DNA of 39,800 nucleotides from a virus. The notes under the pieces are model-generated. The model did no database searches. It had not been told where the DNA came from and saw only the letters and a program-made list of their open reading frames with translations. Every line of letters starts with the position of its first letter. Position 1 is the stretch's first letter. Shown piece after piece: positions 1 to 7,090 of the stretch. The position numbers and the translations under genes were made by a program. Location of the stretch: IMG/VR virus record IMGVR_UViG_3300028430_001052. One strand, 5' to 3'.

Positions 1-431
1 AACTAGAACGCATAAGAATCTCTCAATCGTTTGAGGACCTTTTTAGGCCAAAACAACCCTCATTGTACCAGGTCATCAATAATAGACTTGCCTTAACGTA
101 TGCTAAGCGAAATCGGCTCTTAGTTGTGTTAGACCGTCCAACGACACCATTGCACAATAATTTAAGTGAGATCGCCGGTCGTGGAGCTAAAGTTAAAAGT
201 AAGATATCAGGCGGTACGCGTAGTAATCTTGGGCGACGCGCGTGGGATACATTTGGCAGTTTGAATCTTACCTGTCGTAGGCTTGGTATTAGTTTTTACG
301 ACTTTTTGATGGACCGTTTGCTCGGTCTCAATAAAATAGCGCGTCTTGGAGAGGTCATTGGCGAAAGAATACAATCGATAGTTACACGGAATGCCGTGAA
401 CGATTTGGCCATTGTCTTAAATGTAGCTTAG
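1..431 (+). CDS. C-terminal part of the IS66-family-like DDE transposase, in the same frame as 38435..39800
   Basis: Frame is continuous with 38879-39800 and ends at TAG 429-431. The tail ...LVVLDRPTTPLHNNLSEIAGRGAKVKSKISGGTRS...FYDFL resembles the IS66 TnpC C-terminus. Confidence 0.7.
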   Translation, partial: LERIRISQSFEDLFRPKQPSLYQVINNRLALTYAKRNRLLVVLDRPTTPLHNNLSEIAGRGAKVKSKISGGTRSNLGRRAWDTFGSLNLTCRRLGISFYDFLMDRLLGLNKIARLGEVIGERIQSIVTRNAVNDLAIVLNVA

Positions 432-481
432 CTCCATTTTGTCCATATACTCTTAAATTTCCCGATTTTATGAGCACTTAC
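1..481 (+). mobile_element. Right-hand portion of an IS66-family-like (single-ORF, ISBst12-like) insertion sequence that starts at 38298 and continues across the window junction
   Basis: Bases 1-141 equal 39660-39800. The right terminal inverted repeat TTTATGAGCACTTAC (467-481) is the reverse complement of GTAAGTGCTCATAAA (38298-38312). The 8-bp CATTCCTT lies immediately outside both ends. Confidence 0.8.
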
Positions 482-489
482 CATTCCTT
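482..489. repeat. 8-bp target-site duplication (CATTCCTT), right copy
   Basis: Identical octamer at 38290-38297, directly outside the left IR. 8-bp TSDs are typical of the IS66 family. Confidence 0.7.
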
Positions 490-601
490 GGCCTGTTTTA
501 TTTTTCATGCTATTGCTTATTGCTTTTTATGTAAATCTCGTTTTTGTTGTTTCTCTAATAGACTTCTTTCTAAGGTTATGTTTTTCCCCTTTTCGATACA
601 C

Positions 602-800
602 GCCTTTTTAAATCGTAACTTAGAGTTATTTTTCAACGTAAGATCTAATATGAAACAGCGTTTGATGTCATTAACGGATAAGATTTTGCTAAGGAAGAGG
701 TCTGTAATCGAAACTGTGAATGATCAACTGAAAAAACATTTCTCAAGTTGAACACGCTCGTTATAGGGGTGCAAGAGGCCACAATTATTTATCATTATGA
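602..800 (+). pseudogene. 3' fragment of an IS982-family transposase gene, frameshifted
   Basis: The sequence ...NVRSNMKQRLMSLTDKILLRKRSVIETVNDQLKKHF continues after a 1-nt frame slip near 744 as QVEHARYRGARGHNYLSL*. This matches the conserved IS982 C-terminus (KRxxIETvNdqLKN..qIEHSRHR). No N-terminal half is present. Confidence 0.6.
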
Positions 801-802
801 CC

Positions 803-1141
803 TTAACACACTGCAATAAAGCCTTTATGTCGGAATATTCCAGTACGCGAGCGTGGACGCTTAACGCGGATTTGTATTTCACAACCCAATATAGAAAGAT
901 AATGCAGCAGCGTATCAGTGCTAAATGCAGATAACCGTCCAGACACCAGCATAGAAACTTTTGGTTGTGTAATGTTTAGCTTCTCCGCGACTTCTTTTTG
1001 AGTTAACTTACTGGCTTTAATTAAAGATCCGACTTTATGAAGCAGTTTTGCTTTTGTAAAAAGCTCCTCAGGCTGTTCTAGTCCAAGGTCGGCAAAGATA
1101 TTGTCCCTAGTAATTTCATACTCTTTCATTTCTTTATTCAT
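803..1141 (-). CDS. higA: XRE-family HTH antitoxin (HigA-like)
   Basis: Contains NIFADLGL...KLTQKEVAEKLNITQPKVSMLVSGRLSAFSTDTLLHYLSILG, a typical HTH_3 antitoxin. It overlaps the upstream toxin gene by 8 nt. Confidence 0.75.
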   Translation of the reverse strand: MNKEMKEYEITRDNIFADLGLEQPEELFTKAKLLHKVGSLIKASKLTQKEVAEKLNITQPKVSMLVSGRLSAFSTDTLLHYLSILGCEIQIRVKRPRSRTGIFRHKGFIAVC

Positions 1142-1511
1142 GGGATAAGCCTCCTTTGTTTTTCCAATCTTTGTATAACGCTTCTGCTAACTTAAGGCGA
1201 GAGCGTATGAGGTCTATATCTTGCTTTGGAGTTTCAATTCCTCGCTTACTTTTCTTCTGAAAAGCATGTAAAACTACTATAGCGTCACTAAATTTAACCG
1301 TATATACCGCTCTAAATGTATCGCCTTTATGATCTTGAATCAACTCCACGACATTAGCCCCTCCAAATCCTGAAAGTGTTTTGGCCATCTCAGGATGTTC
1401 TCCTAGCTGTGCTTGATAAAGTCCATATCCAAAATCAGCAATAACATCCGACGGCATATCCATTAGATCGCGTTTAGAAGAGCTTACCCAAAGTATCGGT
1501 TTAGTTGGCAT
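1134..1511 (-). CDS. higB: RelE/ParE-superfamily toxin (HigB / phage Gp49-like, DUF891-type)
   Basis: Shows the pattern W..SSKRDL..MP..V...FGYGLYQAQLGEHP..AK.L.GFGGA.V.EL......DTFR.VYTVKF.D.I.VLHAFQKKS. The toxin-first order with an XRE antitoxin is typical of HigBA. Confidence 0.7.
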   Translation of the reverse strand: MPTKPILWVSSSKRDLMDMPSDVIADFGYGLYQAQLGEHPEMAKTLSGFGGANVVELIQDHKGDTFRAVYTVKFSDAIVVLHAFQKKSKRGIETPKQDIDLIRSRLKLAEALYKDWKNKGGLSHE

Positions 1512-1591
1512 TTTGTAATCCAGTCTTTTCCTTAATTATACCATTATTGATATAGTTTTGTCAATGGAAGGCTGGGTTTTAAAATGAGAAT

Positions 1592-1774
1592 CTACATAAC
1601 AGGGTGCTTTTCGATCCACAAATCAAAGAATTCTGTCTCATTGATAGTTTGCATACAATAGCGTTTTGCTTCCTCATATGAGGCGCACACGGCAACAACC
1701 TGGTCGTGTTCATGTGAGTCGATTCCTAAGACTACATAGACCATTGAAGGGATATCTTTAATTGATATTAGCAT
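1592..1774 (-). CDS. Small hypothetical protein (60 aa); its last 18 codons lie in a 55-bp repeat
   Basis: ORF is tightly packed behind rusA with a 17-nt overlap. The C-terminus QTINETEFFDLWIEKHPV is duplicated at 37737-37835. Confidence 0.45.
   Translation of the reverse strand: MLISIKDIPSMVYVVLGIDSHEHDQVVAVCASYEEAKRYCMQTINETEFFDLWIEKHPVM
1599..1653. repeat. 55-bp perfect direct repeat, copy A (partner at 37744-37798)
   Basis: ACAGGGTGCTTTTCGATCCACAAATCAAAGAATTCTGTCTCATTGATAGTTTGCA is identical at both loci and in the same orientation. Confidence 0.9.
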
Positions 1775-2252
1775 GTTCAGCCTCTTCTATTCTTATATGT
1801 TCAGCGATTGTGTTTAGCAGTGCATCATAATCTGGTACAGACTGCTCTAGTTCTTTTACAAAGATAATGGTTTGCCCTTCGTTCAAGTTACAGAGTGTTT
1901 TACTTCTAAGAAGCCATGTGATACGCGCGTCGTCATCCCACAAGACTCCGTTGAGAGCATCATTAAGAAACTTTTCAAGGTTATCTCCATCAGGCTTTTT
2001 TATATGCGGGAAGAGGTTTTGGAGCGCTCGCTTTCTTGCTGATAGAGCTTTTGGAGCAGGAATCCGATAGTGCGCTATCACAAGTAGAGGCCCTGTCAGA
2101 AGTGGGAGGTTGTTTTTTTCTAGGTGTTTCTTCACAAACAACTTCGTTTTCAGCATTCCCTTGCAACTCGGGTTGTATGTTCCGTGTCTTCCTAGCCTCC
2201 ACGACCCCTTTGCTTTTGGTGTGTACGGTATTGTGATTTTGTAAGTAGACAT
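1758..2252 (-). CDS. rusA: RusA-family Holliday junction resolvase
   Basis: Contains ITIPYTPKAKGSWR...GPLLVIAHYRIPAPK...HIKKPDGDNLEKFLNDALNGVLWDDDARI, with the RusA catalytic Asp cluster present. Confidence 0.75.
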   Translation of the reverse strand: MSTYKITIPYTPKAKGSWRLGRHGTYNPSCKGMLKTKLFVKKHLEKNNLPLLTGPLLVIAHYRIPAPKALSARKRALQNLFPHIKKPDGDNLEKFLNDALNGVLWDDDARITWLLRSKTLCNLNEGQTIIFVKELEQSVPDYDALLNTIAEHIRIEEAEHANIN

Positions 2253-2751
2253 ATTGGTCCCATTTCATGAATTGAAAAACAGTTCTCGGATTCGAGCTGT
2301 AAAACTTTTGCACGTCGATTTTAACGACTTGACGGTAGGAGTTGATGAGAACGTGGTGAAGCATCTCTAAAAAAGAAAGAAGGTAATCGCACAATTCATA
2401 AGAATAGACTGCAGGGACGGTATCGCTCCGGAGGTCATTCAGCTTGATATTAGCGTTCTGTGGAGGAGTCACATAGAATCGCACGATTACCACAACTGGT
2501 GTGTGGGTTTTGTAATAAGAGCGGAAAAAAGACTTAAGCAGAGATTTCCACTTCATATCACGAAAAAATTGTACCGATCGAGTTCTAGACCCGACCGTGT
2601 ACTTGATACTATAGATGAGAGGCTCGCCTGGTAGTACAAGCTCTGCATCTACAGCACCGGATTGCAGGATTTTTTGGTTTTTAATGATTTGCTTTAGTCC
2701 CAAAACGCCCACCTTAACGAACAAATTGCAACTGAAACAAAGCACAAACAC
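1990..2751 (-). CDS. RusA-like paralog with degenerate catalytic residues; start (GTG) uncertain, and the 3' 263 nt overlap rusA out of frame
   Basis: Contains LVLPGEPL...VVVIVRFYVTPP...ELCDYLLSFLEMLHHVLINSYRQVVKIDVQKFYSSNPRTVFQF. This follows the RusA layout, but the D..DN and DD motifs are replaced. The tail after FMKWDQ is low-complexity. Confidence 0.45.
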   Translation of the reverse strand: MFVLCFSCNLFVKVGVLGLKQIIKNQKILQSGAVDAELVLPGEPLIYSIKYTVGSRTRSVQFFRDMKWKSLLKSFFRSYYKTHTPVVVIVRFYVTPPQNANIKLNDLRSDTVPAVYSYELCDYLLSFLEMLHHVLINSYRQVVKIDVQKFYSSNPRTVFQFMKWDQYVYLQNHNTVHTKSKGVVEARKTRNIQPELQGNAENEVVCEETPRKKQPPTSDRASTCDSALSDSCSKSSISKKASAPKPLPAYKKA

Positions 2752-2784
2752 ATGGAAAAGGCGATAAGCACATCAAGGTGCTTG

Positions 2785-3024
2785 CTAAAATTTCTTAGTA
2801 GGCTCATATTCCTCCGCAGTAGACATGATTTCATCTGAAATTTTACAAATCAGCTGATCTAGGCTGGTGTTTACTATCTTTTTTGCTTCTTCCTCAGCAA
2901 TATCCATTACATACTCACACAAGGTCATCCACGAATCAAAAGGGTGAGCTTCTCCAACTAGATGATGGTTCAGCTTGTATTGGATTCTCTTTCCTTTGAT
3001 AGGCTTGAGCGTTCGATTGGCCAT
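2785..3024 (-). CDS. Small acidic hypothetical protein (start uncertain, possibly the internal Met)
   Basis: ORF only. It overlaps the upstream ORF by 89 nt if the first ATG is used. Confidence 0.3.
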   Translation of the reverse strand: MANRTLKPIKGKRIQYKLNHHLVGEAHPFDSWMTLCEYVMDIAEEEAKKIVNTSLDQLICKISDEIMSTAEEYEPTKKF

Positions 3025-3331
3025 TCTTGTCCCCTGGTTTCATGTCTTTTAATGCTAGCAAGATTGCTTCTTTGAGTTGGTCTAAATAAGCTTTGTCTAG
3101 ATAGCTAACTAATGGAATATATTCAGGCTTTCTGCCATCTGAGTAATTGACTTCTTTTTGGGGGAAATTCACCCAACGATTGTCGCCTTGGACGAAGTAA
3201 CGACAATCCAAAGTCTTTCTTCCATAAGGATATTCTACGAGAGTAAAGAACGCTTTTAGAGCGCCTTTATTTACCTCGCGATATTGTCCAACTTCTATTT
3301 CGCTGGCTGTATTTCCGACTTTAACTCTCAT
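2936..3331 (-). CDS. SpoVG-like putative nucleic-acid-binding protein
   Basis: VNKGALKAFFTLVEYPYGRKTLDCRYFVQGDNRWVNFPQKEV parallels SpoVG VN.dGrmrAiasItlD..fvvhdIrVi.G.nGlFVamPSkr. Confidence 0.4.
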   Translation of the reverse strand: MRVKVGNTASEIEVGQYREVNKGALKAFFTLVEYPYGRKTLDCRYFVQGDNRWVNFPQKEVNYSDGRKPEYIPLVSYLDKAYLDQLKEAILLALKDMKPGDKNGQSNAQAYQRKENPIQAEPSSSWRSSPF

Positions 3332-3591
3332 ACTTGTTTTAGCTCCTCTTGTGCTATTTGGATTTGTTCAAGGACATAACAGTGCAACGCATTTGCTAAT
3401 CTATCTTCATCAAAACTGTGGCCGACGATGGCTTCACGACAAATGGAGACTAAGCTTTTCAAATTATCAAGCCTGTTTACCACGTCTAAAACGCTTGCAT
3501 TATGCTTGCATTTTGCGTGTATTCTGTTCATCTCTTCTTGGCCTGTAGATTCCCAATCATCAAACAGAACTGCGTTTCTCTTTCTTTGCAT
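3328..3591 (-). CDS. Hypothetical protein (87 aa)
   Basis: ORF in the operon, with a 4-nt overlap with the downstream gene. Confidence 0.4.
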   Translation of the reverse strand: MQRKRNAVLFDDWESTGQEEMNRIHAKCKHNASVLDVVNRLDNLKSLVSICREAIVGHSFDEDRLANALHCYVLEQIQIAQEELKQV

Positions 3592-3829
3592 ATGCCTCCA
3601 AACGACGCTTTTTCTCGTCTATGACTAAACTTTTAATGATATGTTTTTTCTCTTCTGGACAAAGACCATCCATTTCTTTGCTAAAATTTGATCTTCCGTA
3701 ATCTATTTTTTCCTCGTCTGTAAAACAAAGCTTACAAACATCAGGACGCTTACTGTCGGATAAAAAGGCTCGGTAATTTTTTGTAAAATCGCACCTTATG
3801 CACTTGATACCCTGTTTACTTTGCTTCAT
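3560..3829 (-). CDS. Small zinc-ribbon-like protein
   Basis: Cys pairs C-x2-C ... C-x2-C (IKCIRCDF...VCKLCF). Overlaps neighbours on both sides. Confidence 0.4.
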   Translation of the reverse strand: MKQSKQGIKCIRCDFTKNYRAFLSDSKRPDVCKLCFTDEEKIDYGRSNFSKEMDGLCPEEKKHIIKSLVIDEKKRRLEAYAKKEKRSSV

Positions 3830-4727
3830 ATGTTAAGAGCTCCCCGTAGCCGTCCCACATTTCTTGATAGAAGAGATAGGTTGTCCCTTCGATTCCGAAC
3901 ATTCGGTTTTTAGCTATGCGTACTTTTACTTTGTTTGGATTTGCTTGATCATCTGTTCTGGCACATCTATGCAGAACAATGACGTTGTCCGCATACTGTT
4001 TGATTGCTGAGGAGCCTTTAAGCGAATGCAAACCTACTTCTTCATTGTTATTTGCAGATTGGCGTGGATGGCAGATCAGCAAGAAATGCATAGAAAGAGC
4101 GAAAGCAAGCTCATGTAAGCGCTTCACGGTCTCATCTATTGCTTCGTGGAGCTTTTCTTTTTTGGCGTTAACGAGGTAATCTAAGTGATCCAACATCACA
4201 ATTTCGATCCCTAGCTGTTTTGCCTTTACTAGTTGTTGAGCTAGAGAATTAATGTCGGTTCCAATTGTATTTGGATTGATATAGACCTTATAGCGGGAGG
4301 CCCACTCGTCAAACTGTTCGTTTTCATGGACGCCGAAGTTACAAACCTTCATTGGACGGCGAAGGATGATAGAAGCTAGCTTGCGCATAGTCGTTTCAGG
4401 CTTCATTTCCCAAGAGTTGATCCATACAGGAATGCCTTGCATCGCACAATTGACAACTAGCTGCGTACAAAAGGTTGTCTTCCCAGCTCCGGTGTCAGCA
4501 GTAACTACAGTGACTTCGCCTTTACGGAGCCCTTGTAGATAACGATCTAGACACTTCCAGCCAGTGGAGTAACCTTTGTTAATCTCTTTTCTGTAATCTC
4601 GAGGCAAAGAAGCGAGAGGCGTAAGACAATCTTCATGGGGAGCCGTTGGCAGCCCAAACTGAAGGAAGTTCTCTAATCCTTTTTCTTTATCTTGTTGAAT
4701 TCCAGAATATGTTCCTTGCCCTTCCAT
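3816..4727 (-). CDS. DnaB-C-terminal-type (RecA-fold) replicative helicase
   Basis: Walker A is VTADTGAGKTTF and Walker B is IVMLDHLDYL. The sequence LKGSSAIKQYADNVIVLHR is typical of the DnaB_C family. No DnaB N-terminal domain is present. Confidence 0.7.
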   Translation of the reverse strand: MEGQGTYSGIQQDKEKGLENFLQFGLPTAPHEDCLTPLASLPRDYRKEINKGYSTGWKCLDRYLQGLRKGEVTVVTADTGAGKTTFCTQLVVNCAMQGIPVWINSWEMKPETTMRKLASIILRRPMKVCNFGVHENEQFDEWASRYKVYINPNTIGTDINSLAQQLVKAKQLGIEIVMLDHLDYLVNAKKEKLHEAIDETVKRLHELAFALSMHFLLICHPRQSANNNEEVGLHSLKGSSAIKQYADNVIVLHRCARTDDQANPNKVKVRIAKNRMFGIEGTTYLFYQEMWDGYGELLTYEAK

Positions 4728-5110
4728 AAGTCCTTCAAATAATCAAGAAGAAGTGGCCTTAAAGGTGAATCGAATTCGTACAAGTCTAATTCTTCGGAGA
4801 TAGTAGGAGAAGCTATAGAAGGAGATGCCTTATTCAGCCAATTGAGGATAAATCCTATGTTCCCTTTCCTCTTTTTCCCTTTCGGAGAGGTGAGCCATAG
4901 ACTCATCTTCTTAAGCTCTGAGTCAACATCTACTCCTTTGTAGGTTTCTCTTAGCCGCTTAAGTTCAGCGGCTTCAAGCCCTACAAATTGCAGCCTTTCT
5001 CGGTCAAAATAGACAGAAGTACTTTTATCCTTAGCCACGTTTACTTCATATAAATTCTTTAGGCTTGGAATAATTATATACTTCTGGTAGTGTGAAATTG
5101 CAGTTACCAC
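4673..5110 (-). CDS. Hypothetical replication-associated protein (possible helicase loader or initiator, by position)
   Basis: Lies immediately upstream of and overlaps the helicase gene. The motif W..SPKGKKRKGNIGFILNWLNKA resembles phage replication-organizer tails. Confidence 0.3.
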   Translation of the reverse strand: MVTAISHYQKYIIIPSLKNLYEVNVAKDKSTSVYFDRERLQFVGLEAAELKRLRETYKGVDVDSELKKMSLWLTSPKGKKRKGNIGFILNWLNKASPSIASPTISEELDLYEFDSPLRPLLLDYLKDLWKGKEHILEFNKIKKKD

Positions 5111-5154
5111 ACTTTTGGAAGTTAGCGCTTCCTAGAAGTTATGTAATTACCCCG

Positions 5155-5187
5155 AAAAGGAGCTTTTAGCGAAGCTCCTTTTTTTTT
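5155..5187. terminator. Bidirectional-looking intrinsic terminator hairpin
   Basis: AAAAGGAGCTT-ttagcg-AAGCTCCTTTT followed by a T-run. Lies between the RHH regulator gene and the replication genes. Confidence 0.6.
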
Positions 5188-5226
5188 CTTGTAACGTACT
5201 GTTTTTTCAGTTTGTGTGCAAGTCTT

Positions 5227-5463
5227 TTATTTAATTCTTTTTGTTATATGAGATCTCGACTTCTTAAAACACTCTCTGAGTCGCTCATTGTTTTCGTAAG
5301 TGTATTTTAGCGAGTTTCTTATCAACTCTTGTATCGTAACTTTTCTTCCTGTGTTAATGCTTTCAAGCGAAGCTATATCGTGAAGCATTTGATACATTGA
5401 TTTCTCTATTCTAGCTGATACCACAAGGTTTTCTTCGAGAACAGTTGGCCTTGACATTAGCAA
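5227..5463 (-). CDS. Ribbon-helix-helix (CopG/Arc-like) putative transcriptional regulator
   Basis: VVSARIEKSMYQMLHDIASLE...TIQELIRNSLKY has a beta-alpha-alpha layout. The gene is divergent from the recombination operon. Confidence 0.45.
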   Translation of the reverse strand: MLMSRPTVLEENLVVSARIEKSMYQMLHDIASLESINTGRKVTIQELIRNSLKYTYENNERLRECFKKSRSHITKRIK

Positions 5464-5505
5464 ACCTCCATAATAATGAGCACAAAATAATATTTACCCT
5501 AAATC

Positions 5506-5534
5506 TTGACAAGAACGATGTTGCCATATATAAG
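5506..5534 (+). promoter_or_regulatory. Sigma70-like promoter candidate for the exonuclease/ERF operon
   Basis: TTGACA (5506-5511), a 17-nt spacer, then TATAAG (5529-5534). Confidence 0.45.
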
Positions 5535-5549
5535 TTAAAATTTTAACTT
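5532..5549. promoter_or_regulatory. 18-bp perfect palindrome, candidate operator overlapping the -10 element
   Basis: AAGTTAAAATTTTAACTT is its own reverse complement. Confidence 0.5.
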
Positions 5550-5673
5550 TACACCATTTACACAAAAATAAGTTATAAAAATTTTAGGGAAATTAAGTGG
5601 CTCTACTAGAGTTTGGGATTTTTACTTACTTCCTCTCTATGCTCGCTCATGAATTGAACCAGGGAATATCCAT

Positions 5674-6255
5674 ATGAAACACCCAAGAGTTACCGAAATC
5701 CTGAAAAACTTCACCAATTATGAGCATATCCCACAACAGATACTAGGAAGAGCTGCAGCAAGAGGAACCTCGGTACATGCTTTGTGCGCAGGAATCGCTC
5801 AAGGTGCATGGATTCCGGATGGCATGATTGACGAAGAACTGGTTGGATATGTCAATTCTTTTAAGAAGTGGAGCGAAGTACAAGTAAAGTCTTTTTTGAT
5901 CATCGAAGAAAGATATACAAACGAAGAACTTAAGTATTCCGGACAAGTAGACTTTGTAGTGAAAGGATCGGACAACGAGTTGTATCTAGTCGATCTTAAG
6001 ACGAGTGCCCGACCACAAAAGACATATCCAGTTCAAATGGCAGCTTACAACCATCTTCTGCAACATCACAACATCTCAGTCAAAGGAGCAATGCTCGTCT
6101 ACTTAAATAAGGACGGGGAATTTCCTGAAATACATCTTTTAGAGGAAATGAGCGAAGAACTCCATATTTTCCTCTCAGCATTGGACTGTTGGCACTATTT
6201 TAACAAAGGCAAAAAAAATGGAAGAAAAAGAAAACCAAGCGTTGACAATACCTAA
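5674..6255 (+). CDS. PD-(D/E)XK (Cas4/RecB-like) exonuclease
   Basis: Contains GTSVH...YSGQVDFVV...LYLVDLKTS...QMAAY, and is paired with a downstream annealase. Confidence 0.6.
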   Translation: MKHPRVTEILKNFTNYEHIPQQILGRAAARGTSVHALCAGIAQGAWIPDGMIDEELVGYVNSFKKWSEVQVKSFLIIEERYTNEELKYSGQVDFVVKGSDNELYLVDLKTSARPQKTYPVQMAAYNHLLQHHNISVKGAMLVYLNKDGEFPEIHLLEEMSEELHIFLSALDCWHYFNKGKKNGRKRKPSVDNT

Positions 6256-6892
6256 TCAAGGACCACTCTCAGCTGAAGCAATTCAAATGCCATTTCCAAA
6301 TATCTTTCAGAGAATTATTGGCATCATGAGCGAACTGAAGCAAATTTACAAAGGCAAGCTCAAGGTTAACGGACAATATACCTTTGTTAGCCATGATGCA
6401 GTAGCGGCAGAGATTCACCCACTTTTAGTTAAATATGGCATCGTGGTTATCCCTACAGTAGAAGAAATGGCTCAAGATAACAACCGAACAATGGTTAAGC
6501 TTGCTGTGTCATTTGTCAACCCAGATATGCCTAAAGATAATTTTATGGTGAAATATCATGGCTATGGAATCGACAATGGAGATAAGGGGCCAGGAAAAGC
6601 GATTTCTTACGCATATAAATATGCGCTTTTAAAGACCTTCTGTTTAGAAACTGGAGACGATCCGGATAACGATGCACACACAACCTACCAGCCGAAAAAG
6701 TGCTTAGAATTTGACTCTATTCTGCCTCCAGATATGAGCGAAAAAGACAAAACCAAGCTTAAAAAGTTCTTAACCTATAGTTCACATGCATTACAGCTCC
6801 ATGAAGAGGACGTGAAAAGGGAAGCGGTAAGTAGGCCTAAAGAGTTCCTAAGAAGATTCCAAGAGTGGAATCCGCCTAAGAAAGGGGAATAG
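6218..6892 (+). CDS. erf: ERF-family single-strand annealing protein
   Basis: Contains YTFVSHDAVAAEIHPLLVKYGIVVIPT...GYGIDNGDKGPGKAISYAYKYALLKTFCLETGDDPD. Confidence 0.7.
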   Translation: MEEKENQALTIPNQGPLSAEAIQMPFPNIFQRIIGIMSELKQIYKGKLKVNGQYTFVSHDAVAAEIHPLLVKYGIVVIPTVEEMAQDNNRTMVKLAVSFVNPDMPKDNFMVKYHGYGIDNGDKGPGKAISYAYKYALLKTFCLETGDDPDNDAHTTYQPKKCLEFDSILPPDMSEKDKTKLKKFLTYSSHALQLHEEDVKREAVSRPKEFLRRFQEWNPPKKGE

Positions 6893-6893
6893 A

Positions 6894-7061
6894 ATGCACG
6901 ATGTGACTATAGGTGGTGTCAAGTATTTTTCTGTTTTAATCGCCTTAATAGCCATGTGGATGATATTTATTTTCGCATTTTCAGGGGATTTTAGCCTAAG
7001 CAAAGAAATCCTATGGCTTCAAGGGCTACAAAGAGACCATATGTTTCCAATATTTTCCTAA
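6894..7061 (+). CDS. Small membrane protein (55 aa), not in the ORF track
   Basis: The ATG lies 2 nt after the erf stop. Hydrophobic segment YFSVLIALIAMWMIFIFAF. Confidence 0.3.
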   Translation: MHDVTIGGVKYFSVLIALIAMWMIFIFAFSGDFSLSKEILWLQGLQRDHMFPIFS

Positions 7062-7090
7062 AGAAATAAGTTATGACGAGGAGGAATAGA

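Noticed and set aside
1-141. The 141-bp terminal identity as a genuine T7-like direct terminal repeat of a linear virion genome
   Set aside because: The repeat lies in the middle of a transposase reading frame, inside an IS whose IRs and TSD bracket the junction. Physical genome ends inside an IS are implausible. A circular-contig overlap fits better.
470-601. The N-terminal part of ORF-track entry 470-751 as coding sequence
   Set aside because: It starts inside the IS right inverted repeat and runs through the TSD into unrelated sequence. Only the distal part resembles a transposase (IS982), and that part is frameshifted.
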